A stretch of DNA of 64,000 bases from Lepidodermella squamata (taxonomy: Eukaryota > Animalia > Gastrotricha), in NCBI GenBank assembly GCA_047495785.1, contig JBLDXI010000018.1, positions 434,001 through 498,000 on the forward strand, in the 5' to 3' direction. Made by a program: the position numbers and the translations under genes. Each line of letters opens with the position of its first letter. Positions within the stretch are counted from its first letter, which is position 1. Of the stretch, positions 1 through 9,874 are shown piece by piece. The notes under the pieces were generated by a model. It had not been told where the DNA came from, did no database searches, and saw only the letters and a program-made list of their open reading frames with translations.

Positions 1-121
1 TTTCGCCTGTCCACTATTACCCGAAACCCGAAAGAAACCGAATATTTTTGTCTTTCCAAGCATAGAGATTGCAATTTATTGGTTAACGATGTGAAATAAC
101 TTGTGCTGTTTTGTGACGTAG

Positions 122-1046
122 ATATACGAACCGCGTGGTGACGCTGTGGTACCGGCCGCCGGAGCTGTTGCTGGGCGAGCGCAACTACGGCCCGCCCGTC
201 GACATGTGGGGTGCGGGCTGCGTGCTCGCGGAGCTGTACACGCGCTCGCCGATCATGCAGGGCAACGCGGAGGCGGAACAGCTCAACTACATCGTGAAGC
301 TGTGCGGCTCGATCACGCCCGAGGTGTGGCCGGGCGTCGAGCAGCTGGAGCTGTACTCCAAGTTCGAGCTGCCGCGCACGAACAAGCGCATCGTCAAGGA
401 CAAGCTGAAGCCGTACATCAAGGACCACCTCGCGCTCGACCTCGTCGACAAACTGCTCGTCCTCGACCCGAAGTTCCGCCTCGACGCCGATGGCGCGCTC
501 TCGCACGACTTTTTCTACGAGGTACGAATAAATGATCAACGGTCTTGCTTTTAGCGGAACCAAATTTTGAATCCCAACCCAAATCAATTGAATTTCTCCG
601 TGATTTTCAGTATTGGGCTTGGTCCTTGCTATTTGAACGCGACGATCTAAAAAATATTCGAAAAGGGCACTATTTAAGCTTGTTTGATGCCAAGTTTTGA
701 AATTCAAGTCTTTTTTATCTTTATTCATCACCTAATCACCCGTATTTTAATATTTCGGGAATTTCTCCCCGATTTTCGATTCAGCCTGGTCAAGTGATTT
801 TAATTCATGTTTTAAATATTTTAGGCGCCACTGCCAAATCCTGAGGAGTTGAAGAAGCTGTTGTCGCAGCACAAAATGTCCATGTTCGAGAGCACAGTGC
901 GGCGGCGACCCGAAGGTCCGCCCGGGCAGATGATGCCGGGCCAGCCGGGTGGGCCGCGACCCGGCGCACCCGGAGCAGCCGGGGCCGGAGGTGCGCGGGC
1001 AGCCAGCAGCATGGTGGGCCAACATGTTTTCGACCGCGTCTACTGA
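122..1046 (+). CDS. CDK9: Cyclin-dependent kinase 9 (P-TEFb kinase), 3' part; exons 122-521, 825-1046; 5' exons lie outside the window
   Basis: YTNRVVTLWYRPPELLLGERNYGPPVDMWGAGC and C-terminal FDRVY* (cf. CDK9 FERVF); GT-AG intron 522-824 in phase 0. Confidence 0.93.
602..658. repeat. Short dispersed repeat, copy 1 (in CDK9 intron); copy 2 at ~1483-1548
   Basis: gattttcagtatt(g/a)ggcttggtcctt(g/a)ctatttgaacgcgacg...gatctaaaaaa(a)tatt occurs twice. Confidence 0.8.
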
Positions 1047-1749
1047 TCGGTTGATCGATCGGTGTTTCATTCCATGCTCGATTCGGTGAATTAACGAATG
1101 ATCTTTCACTATATTGCACTACTACTGAAAATGTACTTTCTCGTCTGGTCGCCGGATGATGGATTATTATCCAAGTTTTTGATATATTTGAAGAAAAGAA
1201 TAAAATTGCTCCTGTTTTATGATGTTGATGTTTTGGCTAAACGGAAGAAAATAATAATTCAGAACCATCAGGTTCCAGTCAGCAGTCAACAATAATTTCG
1301 AACAAACTTCATCCGATTTCAAAATACAGCTTCGTGCTCGTGCCTGCAAGGTTGAACTCTAAATTTAGGGTTCCAGCACTGCATTTTCCCAAAATATGGT
1401 TTTCGAGTTTCACGCCTTCCGTGAAATCTAGGTTTTTGTCATCATGCCTAGCCGATAGATCTCCAATTTACGCGTAATTTGCGATTTTCAGTATTAGGCT
1501 TGGTCCTTACTATTTGAACGCGACGTGGTCGTGATCTAAAAAAATATTGCCCCCTCTTCGAGTAACAAGGCAAGTATCACCGTGTCGAATTCCACCAAGT
1601 TTACAACGTTAGAAAAAATAATGTCCATCCATGGTCATTTTATTGAAAACGGAATCAGTCGAAGTCTCATTCAAAAAGCGACACGTTTTTTTACCGGTTT
1701 TAGAAAAGAAGCTAATAAAAACAACGAATATCAAATTGAGCCATCGATT

Positions 1750-3223
1750 TCATCTGGCAGTAACTTCCATTTGCGGAACGGTTGAAACGCCGAAAACCTC
1801 CTGGTTCGAGTGTTTCTCCACGCTTGGCCGAACAGGCCGCAGCCTTGTGATCAAGCAGTCGTAGAGTGACCCAGCCGACGCGAACGGGCCCACTTGCAGG
1901 GTGTACAGATCAGCCGGAGCGTGGCACACGAATTCCATCTGCTCGAGGGGTCGCGGATATTCTTCGCAAGGACCTGAAAAAAAATCAAAATATAAATAAT
2001 TACCAAAATGAATTGTTTTATTTAGCGCCACACAGTTATTGAAAGGAAAAGTATCAAGTATTATTAGTAAATAAATAAATTATTAATCAATTATTAGTAT
2101 ATAAATCAAGTAAATTATAAAATAAAATTACCCAAAGTGAAGGCTACCGGGTCGAAATGTCGTCTCAGGTCTTCAACATCGTAGCCTTTGATCGGCAACA
2201 GCCACGTGATAGTCGCAGCATGCGAAAAATCTGGCTGTTTCGCCAACCCCGTCAGCTGTGCGTAGAAAATCTCGCCCGAATCGGCATCTCTCAGCGACAC
2301 GATGTCGCCTTTGTGCCATATGTGCCCGCGAGACACGCACCAGTCAACCGTTATCAGCCCAGCCTCGGCATGGGCGATGCGAGACGGGCGAAATCGACCC
2401 GTTCCGGTGCTTGGTTTGAAAATCGCGCGGCGGCCTTTGCCTTTTGGGATGCCAGCGGCGCGGCGGGAAACGGCTGGAACTTGAGAATTCAAGGAGGCAG
2501 CTGCTGCTGGCTTGGCTTGGCTCGAAGCTGAAACTTGGTGTGCCTGGCTTACAGCGGCTGTGATTCGAGCAGATTGGCGGTTACTAGCGCCTTTAAGAGC
2601 TGAAAAATAGAGGACAAATCTAGCACATTTTGCGAGCAACTGTTTGATCAGTTTGACTCAATCAAGAATTTAGAAATTAAATTTTAGATTATGTAAAATG
2701 TCAAAATAGAATATTGCGGAAAATGCTTGATAGCCAGTTTTTTGGAGTACAAACGATTGACGATATCTATCCCTGAAGATGTTTATCGAAAATAGCCGAA
2801 ACGTCGGAAATAAACTGATAGCGCTAACTTTCATCAATCGTTTGGGGGAAAATGGTATGCGTTTTCGCCGATAATTATATTTCGTAAAAAATCAACAGCT
2901 CTATTTCAAATCGGATGAAAAAATCGAGATTCAATAAAAATTTTGCCAAAATCTGCGGCATATTGAATGAATGCATTCATACCTGAAGCTTTCGAAGCGG
3001 CCGAATCGGTTGCTGCTGCAGGCTGCTGGCTTTCAGCCTGGTTTGGAACTGCGTTAGAAGGCGGAATTTCGCACTTTCTGTTAGCATCGTAAAAAGAAGC
3101 CGTCTGCTTTTCAAACGCCAACCAATTGCAGCTGTTGCATAGAAACGTTTTCTTGTCCTTCTGGCGATAAAAAGCGACCGAAGAATCGGTTTTACACGTC
3201 GAGCAATGGACTTGATGCACCAT
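1750..3223 (-). CDS. GATAD1: GATA zinc finger domain-containing protein 1; exons 3223-2983, 2599-2132, 1973-1750 (310 aa)
   Basis: N-terminal CxxC...CNSC finger, KGKGRRAIFK, GDIVSLRD..IFYAQL (BAH-like) and GPCEEYPRPLEQMEFVCHAP; exon lengths sum to 933 nt with GT-AG boundaries. Confidence 0.88.
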
Positions 3224-3289
3224 TTAAAAAAATACCTAAAAATACAAGCATCGACGTGAATTTCGTAGAAAGACAATTTAGATGTCAGA

Positions 3290-4084
3290 TTAAAAATCCA
3301 TGTCTTCCAGTTCAGATTGAATTTCCAATTTTTCAGAGAGGCTTGGGAATAAAACTTGAACTCGGAGCGTTTCAGAGTGAGAAATTACAAACATGTAGAT
3401 TGTCTCTGCTGGGATGTCGCGAAATACTGACAACGACCGAAAACATCTCCAGTCGTAGAAAACTGTACGCAGTTCGTTGAAATCAGCATCATAAAATGTA
3501 GCAGCGTAATGTTCTCCGCTGATGATAAAAGGCATTTTTAGGGTTAACATTGCTTCTGGACATGGCTGGCACAACTGCGGAAAGTTGATCAGCCAAATAT
3601 AATCCATATGCAACTGACGGTGATAATACCGGGATAAATATTTCCCAAGGCAGAGGTAAGGCTCAGATTCCCAGGAGCAAGATTTGTTGAAGTTGTTAAT
3701 ATGAGCTAAAATTGCAGATTTTGACGATAAGTCGAACTGATGCAGAAATTTAGTAGATGATGTTTCGAGCTTGACGCCACCGCAGCAGAGCTGGTTTCTC
3801 GCTAGAAACTCTTTCATATCTAGCAACGAGTTGGGATTTTGGGAGAGAAACGAATTTACTGGACCATCACCCAATTCTTTACGTAAACGAGCTTCCAGGA
3901 AATCCAAGGAGTCAATTATATGGAACCATCGGAGACAAACATTGCTGCAGCTACAGAATACAGTTTCCAGACAGTCGATAGAGTTCAAAATTTTGAATAA
4001 GATCTCATTCGGAAGACTATTCAGCGATGATGAGCGTGACTTCTGGGGTAAGCCGGAACTGGTTTGATCAGCATTTCCCAGCAT
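3290..4084 (-). CDS. F-box domain protein, intronless CDS (~264 aa from AUG 4084)
   Basis: LNSLPNEILFKILNSIDCLETVFCSCSNVCLRWFHII is an F-box motif; first in-frame ATG at 4084, acceptor-like tttcag upstream. Confidence 0.75.
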   Translation of the reverse strand: MLGNADQTSSGLPQKSRSSSLNSLPNEILFKILNSIDCLETVFCSCSNVCLRWFHIIDSLDFLEARLRKELGDGPVNSFLSQNPNSLLDMKEFLARNQLCCGGVKLETSSTKFLHQFDLSSKSAILAHINNFNKSCSWESEPYLCLGKYLSRYYHRQLHMDYIWLINFPQLCQPCPEAMLTLKMPFIISGEHYAATFYDADFNELRTVFYDWRCFRSLSVFRDIPAETIYMFVISHSETLRVQVLFPSLSEKLEIQSELEDMDF

Positions 4085-4199
4085 GACTTGAATGACTACT
4101 GGATAAAAACCTGAAACCAGAAAGCATCTGCAATCTGCAAATAGTTGAAAAAATGAAGCCCCGTTGCTATTCAACAACTTCAGGCATATCAGCCAAGGA

Positions 4200-4600
4200 A
4201 TGTAAGCCGACAGTTGGACTACAGGTAGCTTGATCGTCTGACGGCTTCCGCCCGCTCAGCCAGCTCTCGGCTTTTTCCAACTCGAGGTTTTGATTTCCCG
4301 CGCATTATTGCCAAAATATTAAAATATTATGTGCGCGGGCGCGAAATTCGACTGATTATTAAATGCCTGCACTAAAATGAAATTCTCATGTAAAAACAAG
4401 TGTGAAAATCAATCAGCTGTTAATAGTTTTTTTTCTCGGGTTTCTCTCTTTTTCATTCTATAGAAACCCGAGGAAAAGGTCCCCGAGGTCTGTCTGTCTT
4501 TATCCGTCGGTCCCAAATCGGTTGTAGTTCGTGGAGAAAGCTATGCGCGTCACTCATGGGGGTCCAACTAGTATGGTAGTAATTTGATCGGCTATATTTT
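4200..4600. promoter_or_regulatory. Putative bidirectional promoter (F-box/GATAD1 versus BRK1/METAP1D/KIN17) with E2F-like sites
   Basis: Divergent genes; TTTCCCGCGC (~4294) and GGCGCGAAA (~4338). Confidence 0.5.
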
Positions 4601-4852
4601 GGATTCAGAAATTATGGAAGGCCTCAAACAAGCGCGAATTCCGCGCCTGGCGATTGTACTGGGTGCTTGTTCAGCTTTCAGCTCGAAAACGCTGTTTTGC
4701 ATGCCAAAAGTAGCAAAGCTGTTTATAACTGCCTATTTTTTCTCGAACACCCTGTATTTTCGTGATTTCCCTTCAGCATGCAGGGAGAATAGAGATTTTA
4801 ATTTCTTCTTTCGACGTCACCTCGATAAAACTTTTGGGGTTAAGCCAACAGT

Positions 4853-4920
4853 AAACAGAAACAGAACTATAATTAGAATCAGAACTAATTATAATTAGAA
4901 ACAGAACTAATTATAAGTAA
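4853..4920. repeat. Short minisatellite (cagaacta(at)tataattagaa units)
   Basis: About three imperfect tandem copies visible. Confidence 0.7.
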
Positions 4921-5024
4921 CAGTCAGAATGGTCTCTTACTCATACTTGTACTGCGGGACACCTTCAGAAAGATTTTCTGAACCATCTTTTTATTTAATT
5001 TGATCTTTGATCCTTTATCTTTAG

Positions 5025-5371
5025 ATGTCTAATAGCCCTTCTACTTCTGGAAGCTCTGCCTTTCCTTTCGTTCAAAAAGAGATCTCGAGCGATTGGAACA
5101 ACCGTGAATTTATCCAAGTCATTTCTGCCAACATCAAAAAGATTTCTGACGCCCTGAACGCATTTGGTAGGTATCCTCTCTAAGCTTACTCAAATACATA
5201 GCTCTCTGCATGCATGGAAATGTCGAAGCGAAACCGTAATATGATTGATTTTTACTTTCAGACTTTACTTGTCGATCTCGGTTAGCTGAGCTTCACGAAC
5301 AACTGCAATCTTTACAGAATCGTGTCGAATACCTGGAAGCAAAAGCTACGAAAGCAGAAGGCGCAGAATAG
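5025..5371 (+). CDS. BRK1: BRICK1/HSPC300, WAVE/SCAR complex subunit; exons 5025-5166, 5262-5371 (83 aa); absent from the ORF track
   Basis: Spliced translation [83 protein letters not shown] matches the BRK1 DWxNRE...IKKI...FDxxCRSRLA...EYLEA pattern. Confidence 0.95.
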
Positions 5372-5379
5372 CCGAAACA

Positions 5380-6333
5380 ATGTCGCCTAGATTCAGCTCG
5401 TCTATTACTCTTATTAATAAATTTACTCCTCGCTTAACTGCTTCCGCTAATCATTTCCCCGCTCCGCCTTCATCGTCGCAGCCGATTCCACCAGATATCC
5501 CTCGCCCGCCTTACGCTTGCAACCCGCCGATTCCTCCACCTAAACTGCCGTCGATCCAGCTGAGAAAGGATGCTGATTATATTAAGAAAATGCGAAAAGC
5601 CGGCGAAATTGCCGCGCTAATTCTCGATGCATTAGGTCGAGCTGTTACGCCAGGCGTCTCGACTGCTGACCTGGATGATTTCGCCGTGGGCCACTGCAAA
5701 AAATACAAGTGCTACCCATCGCCGCTGGGCTATCGCGGCTTCCCCCGCTCAATTTGTACGTCAGTAAACGAAGTTGTGTGCCACGGCATTCCAAACGCCA
5801 ACGTGCTAAGTGATGGCGATATTATCACGATTGATGTTACAATTTTCCACGATGGGGTTCATGCAGATTGCGCTGCGACGTTCCCTGTCGGTTTCGGGAT
5901 GTCGGCTGAAGCGTTGAATTTGATGGACGCAGCTAGAACCGCTTCAGCATGTGCTGCTGCGACCTGTGTGAAAGACGCGACTCTAGGCGATATCGCCAGA
6001 ATGTGTGACCAAGTCGCTGAGAAATTCGGCTGCATCGTCCTGCCGAGTGTTTGCGGCCATGGGGTCGGGTTGAATTTCCATGAACCACCTACGATTGCTC
6101 ATTCGATGAAAATGCTGTCTTACAACAAGCAATTGGCGAATTTACGCCTCCAGCCTGGAATGACGTTGACTATTGAACCGGCTCTGGCGCTTTCAGGCTG
6201 CTCTGGCGAGGTGGTCATTGACCCGCGTGATGGTTGGACTGTTCGAACGGCGGATGGCAAGATTAGCGCGCAGTTTGAGCACACGTTGTTGGTCACGGAT
6301 CGCGGGCCGCAGATTATTACAGCGCTTCCATAA
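5380..6333 (+). CDS. METAP1D: Methionine aminopeptidase 1D, mitochondrial type (intronless, 317 aa)
   Basis: YPSPLGYRGFPRSICTSVNEVVCHGIP, DITIDVT..HAD, GHGVG..FHEPP, TIEP, SAQFEHT; no N-terminal zinc finger, Arg/Ser-rich presequence-like N-terminus. Confidence 0.9.
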   Translation: MSPRFSSSITLINKFTPRLTASANHFPAPPSSSQPIPPDIPRPPYACNPPIPPPKLPSIQLRKDADYIKKMRKAGEIAALILDALGRAVTPGVSTADLDDFAVGHCKKYKCYPSPLGYRGFPRSICTSVNEVVCHGIPNANVLSDGDIITIDVTIFHDGVHADCAATFPVGFGMSAEALNLMDAARTASACAAATCVKDATLGDIARMCDQVAEKFGCIVLPSVCGHGVGLNFHEPPTIAHSMKMLSYNKQLANLRLQPGMTLTIEPALALSGCSGEVVIDPRDGWTVRTADGKISAQFEHTLLVTDRGPQIITALP

Positions 6334-6497
6334 AAGAAAATGAGAATTTTCAATAAAATTTATTGTATAAGTTCGCTTTTCAAATTCTTGTAAATCAGTT
6401 TGAACACGCCTTACCTATATTTCATGTATCCTGAACATTATCCTAAAATCCATTCATTTTTTCTTAGATTTTTATTGTCATTTTCAAACGCTGAAAA

Positions 6498-8194
6498 ATG
6501 GACAAGAAAGATCCTTTTGGACCAAAGGCGATTGCCAAGCGCATGAAATCGAAAGGCCTGCAAAAACTGCGCTGGTACTGTCAAATGTGCGAGAAACAAT
6601 GTCGAGGTTTGTTCTATTTTTCTCATAAAACAAATGCAGCAAGAAATTGAAATGAAATTATTATCGATTTGCATTTCGAAAGTCTAATTTCTTCGAAATT
6701 TTCATTATCGCCGAAATGATTGTTCACCTCTTGTAGAATAGGAATGGAGGATATCCTAGTGTTAGTAAGCTGGCTGGGGTGTATTCCTTTTCAAATTTCC
6801 TAAAGATTCTTCGTCATCTGGGATTTCGAAGACTTTGGGAATCATAGTACAAGACTTAACCAGTTATTTCACGATCAATTTATTCACGCTTTGAAATTTG
6901 GCTGAACTGGCTTTTTTAATATCGAATCATTGTGCTCATTTTTAGATGAAAACGGCTTCAAGTGCCACATCATGTCCGAGGGCCACCAGCGGCAACTGCT
7001 GTTGTTCGGCCAGCGGCCCGGCAAGTACATGGACGAGTTTTCTCGCGAATTCAAAACGTGTTACCTGGATTTGCTGCGGCGGCGGTTCGGCGGGCGGCGT
7101 GTTCACTCGAATGTCGTGTACCAGGAGTACATCAAGGACAAGGAGCACATTCACATGAACTCGACGAAATGGGTCACCCTCACTGGCTTCGTGCAATATC
7201 TCGGCCGTGAAGGCTATTGCAAGGTTTGCAAACACTGCATTCAATATTTTGATTTTTTCAAAGTTTATCCAAGAAAAAATCTCGATGAAAAATACCGAAA
7301 GTTCGAAATGATCATATTCTCTGAATATTTTTCTAGGTCGAAGAAACGGAAAAAGGTTGGTTCATTCAGTACATCGAACGCGACGCCAAAGCGATGCAAA
7401 AAGCTATGGCGATGCAGAACAAGGACAAAATAGCGATGGACGACGAGGATCGCATCATCCACGACATAAACAAGCAGATCAAACGCGCGACTGAGGGCGC
7501 GTCGAGTTCTGCCCAGAAGGAAGAACCGCGCGCCACGGAGCTGATACGCGACCCGGACAACGAGGCGCCGATCAAGCTGAACCTCAGTCTCGTGAAACCG
7601 GTTGTTAAAGAGGAACCAGGCGTGCCTAGCACGTTCGCGAAACCACAGAATATCTTCGCCAAATTGAAGCAGGAGAAACAGGAGAAATTTTCCGATACAG
7701 CCTCAGTTGCTAGCTCGTCGTTTTCGACGGCTACTAAACGCTCGGCTTTGGATGAAATTCGCGAGGAAGAAGAGCGGTTGAAGGAGAAAAAGCACAGGCG
7801 GAATAATTGGCTACACGAGGGCATTGTCGTAAGACTGATCGGCAAAAGTTTGCCTCGAGAGGTTCAAGATCGCAAGGCTGTTATCCGGCGCCTAGTCGAT
7901 AAATTCACCGCAAAAGTTGAGTTGTTGCAAACGCAGAATTCGTCCAGTGATAAGTACGCTCAGGAGAAATTGCCGTCGGTAATCGACCAGGCGGACATGG
8001 AGACGGTCGTTCCGGCTCAGGGCCGACGGGTTCTCGTGGTGAATGGCGCGTATCGAGGCGCGACGGCCGTGGTCAAGAGCATCGATACGAACAGGTGTTT
8101 GCTGACGGTGGAAATCGACGCTGGGCCGTTGCGTGGTCGGCAGCTCGAGAATGTCGTGTTCGAGGACGTGTGTAAAATAGCCGACGAAAGATAA
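6498..8194 (+). CDS. KIN: DNA/RNA-binding protein KIN17; exons 6498-6606, 6946-7223, 7337-8194 (414 aa)
   Basis: KSKGLQKLRWYCQMCEKQCRDENGFKCH, HIHMNSTKWVTLTGFV, C-terminal SH3-like tandem; frame-consistent introns. Confidence 0.95.
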
Positions 8195-9119
8195 TACACC
8201 TGGACAACTTGGAAACGGTTCCACTCAAATGTTTTTCACTTTTAATTAACAACTGTTTATGTTTGATTGTATAAAAAAATAAAGGAAACAAAGTAACATG
8301 TGATCGGTTTTCTTTCAATATACTGGGATGATTTTGAAACATTTCGATTTCTGTGAGAAATCCTAAACGCCATGGATTTCGCTGACCTGCTACTTGTTGA
8401 TCGTATGATAATGGGCGATGCTCGAAAAACAGGCGAGAATCCTCTTTCTAACGGTAGTAGTCTCATGAAAAAATTCCACGCATTGAGTGCATGGCGGCTA
8501 AAAAAACCAAGAAAATGCAACGGTACCCCACCAAGAGGTCTTTGCCGATACTTTTGGATATCGCCTACAAGAATCTGAATTCAATATTCCGTTTCTTTTC
8601 GGAATACAATTACTTTCAGATTCAAACCGATTGATGTTTTATTCAATCGAAGAGAAGCTAAACTATTTTGCCCGCTAGATCTGACTTCAAATCTGACTTC
8701 AGGGTCCAATTGACTAGTTATACATTTGCCTTTCTGAATGAAAACTGAAGAAACAGCAGCCTAGCTGACGAATTCTGTGAATACATCAAGATGAATATAC
8801 ATTCGAAAAACTAGCGCTATTAAAACTTCGTGAACTGATAGCAACCACATCACATGCCTGTCGTTTTGCCGACAAGTTTCTTCATTCGTTTCCGTTGAAA
8901 GAGTTTAACGGAAACGATCGTTCAGCAATTAGTTGAATTTCCCAGCTGTCTGTAAAGCATCGAAATTAGGTACAACGCCGTATTGTTAGCAAAAAGTCAC
9001 AGGTGGATTGTAATTTTTATGTCATTTTATTTTTCGGCTTCAATATCATCGCAACCTTGAATTTTTCTCATTGCTGTTATTATTTTATCAATATCTCGCT
9101 TTTTCCGTGATCATCATCA

Positions 9120-9700
9120 GTGTAGAACAAGAAGAAGATGAAGAAGAAGAAGAAGTATAATACGCACTACTAATAGTAGAAGAAGATGAAGAGAAGAGCT
9201 TCGTCGTTTTCATTCGGTTTTTTTCGTTTCCAAAATGAAAACGCCATCATGACGTCGTCGAATTTTTGAAACCAATTTTATAGGTACCATCATCATGATA
9301 GCAGTACAAAAGACACATAGTAGTAGGTAGACAGACGAAGAGACAGCCGACAACGACGACAACGACGACGACGACGACAACAGTTGTTGTTGGTGAAGAT
9401 GAACAAGTAGTAATGAACATTGACGAAGATGAAGAATAAGAGATGTTGTTGTTGTTGTTGTTGTCGGATGATGAAAACACAGCCGCTTGTTTCGGTTCGG
9501 TCGCTTTTTTTTATGAAGATGATTATTTACATTATTATTATTATTTCATCGGCTTTTTACGAACAATTGTTGTGATTGACTGACTGACTGAGAGAGAGAG
9601 AGCTGACGTATTTACACACGCAAACAATTGTATCGAGTTTTAGAGCCGATTTTGATGTGGAGTTGGCGCTGCAGGCGGCGGCGGCGGCGGTGATGGGCAA
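9120..9700. repeat. Low-complexity simple repeats (GAA, ACG, GTT, TGAC, GA) in the presumed ARID1 3' UTR
   Basis: Direct inspection. Confidence 0.75.
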
Positions 9701-9874
9701 AATAAGAGCCATGTAGGTAGGTACTAATATTATCTCTCAGATCAGATCTGAAATCATCCGGCATTGTGTGGTCACAAAAAGAAGTCGCCTCCTCGTGTCA
9801 CTACTCATCGCATCAGTAAAATGAAAGCCCGGTTTTGTTTTCGAATCGTATCGAATCGAATCGAAGAATGGCGA

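Noticed and set aside
1365-1370. TTAGGG telomere-like hexamers (also ~10381, 45463, 54826, 56409)
   Set aside because: Isolated single copies, not arrays
5369-5382. BRK1-METAP1D stop-codon readthrough fusion
   Set aside because: The 8-nt gap puts METAP1D out of frame, and a fusion would bury its presumed mitochondrial presequence
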